A stretch of DNA of 64,000 bases, taken from the NCBI GenBank assembly GCA_002402995.1, contig DHGX01000003.1:82309-146308 (forward strand). The letters run 5' to 3'. Positions within the stretch are counted from its first letter, which is position 1, and each line of letters opens with the position of its first letter. Shown here in pieces: positions 63,601 to 64,000 of the stretch. A model generated the notes under the pieces. That model saw only the letters and a program-made list of their open reading frames with translations. It was not told the origin of the DNA and did not search any database. Source of the DNA: Patescibacteria group bacterium UBA4787. Lineage in GTDB: Bacteria; Patescibacteriota; Patescibacteriia; UBA2591; UBA4787. The position numbers were made by a program, and so were the translations under genes.

Positions 63601-64000
63601 ATGCTTTTAAATAAGCGTTTCAAAAACGGAATTAAATTATTAGCGATACCAACCAAAGGCACGGAAGCCGTCAGTGTTTTAGTTTTGGCGCGCGTTGGTT
63701 CGCGCTACGAAAAACAATCTTTAAACGGCGCTTCGCATTTCATAGAACACATGTTTTTTAAGGGCACCAAAAAGAGACCCGACAATTTATCAATCGCCCG
63801 TGTTTTAGATGGAGTCGGCGCCGAATATAACGCTTTTACCGCCAAAGATCACACGGGTTATTGGATTAAGGTTGACAAAAATAAATTAGAAATAGCCCTT
63901 GATGTTTTATCGGATATAATTTTTAATTCTGTTTTCGAAAAAAAATCTTTTGAAAAAGAGCGGAGAGTGATAATGGAAGAAATAAAAATGTACGAGGATA
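63601..64000 (+). CDS. M16 family (insulinase/pitrilysin-like) zinc peptidase, partial; the 3' end lies beyond the window.
   Basis: Inverted zinc-binding motif HFIEHMFFKGT (HxxEH), and a downstream EE(I/L) region beginning RRVIMEEI. Confidence 0.7.
   Translation, partial: MLLNKRFKNGIKLLAIPTKGTEAVSVLVLARVGSRYEKQSLNGASHFIEHMFFKGTKKRPDNLSIARVLDGVGAEYNAFTAKDHTGYWIKVDKNKLEIALDVLSDIIFNSVFEKKSFEKERRVIMEEIKMYED

Overview
This 64 kb window looks like a low-GC bacterial chromosome segment. Its gene content resembles a Candidate Phyla Radiation/Patescibacteria-type genome: form II/III RuBisCO-like large subunit, a Gram-positive-style type IV pilus cluster, giant secreted repeat proteins, weak Shine-Dalgarno usage and many short gene-proximal repeat families. 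That taxonomic call is my inference from gene content, not from a search. All GC statements below are judged by eye and were not computed. Coordinates of hand-placed features (tRNAs, repeats, promoters, terminators, adjusted start codons) may be off by 1-2 nt; I found at least one point near 42900 where my line-based counting and the ORF track disagree by one base.

Housekeeping genes are clear. They include rpsF-ssb-rpsR, efp, tRNA-Arg(TCG), an S41 peptidase, rarA, queH, ileS, tRNA-His and tRNA-Arg(TCT), htpX, lemA, xerC/D, rpsO and pnp. prfB is present with an intact programmed +1 frameshift site. There is also glmS and a CIRCE-controlled hrcA-grpE-hsp20-dnaK-X-dnaJ heat-shock operon.

Accessory or unusual content is listed in order of position:
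- An intact tRNA-Arg(TCG) nested between two halves of a tRNA-Arg(CCT)-like gene.
- Two giant surface proteins (2256 aa and 1295 aa) that share a tandem-duplicated domain, C-terminal in the first and N-terminal in the second, with an ECF sigma factor and a DUF5667-like putative anti-sigma gene between them.
- A small RuBisCO-adjacent accessory patch carrying a Doc/HTH toxin-antitoxin pair.
- A type IV pilus operon.
- CYTH and ASCH domain genes next to the tRNA-His/Arg pair.
- A GIY-YIG gene bracketed by inverted repeats.
- A PI3/PI4-kinase-like gene.
- Four GC-rich single-gene islands.

At least eight families of short repeats are present. The most striking are:
- A four-copy inverted-repeat bracket element that always sits directly 5' of a gene, with its end providing the start codon in two cases.
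- A 100%-identical 127-bp repeat behind pnp and glmS.
- A REP-like double-hairpin element.
- A conserved two-hairpin leader element.
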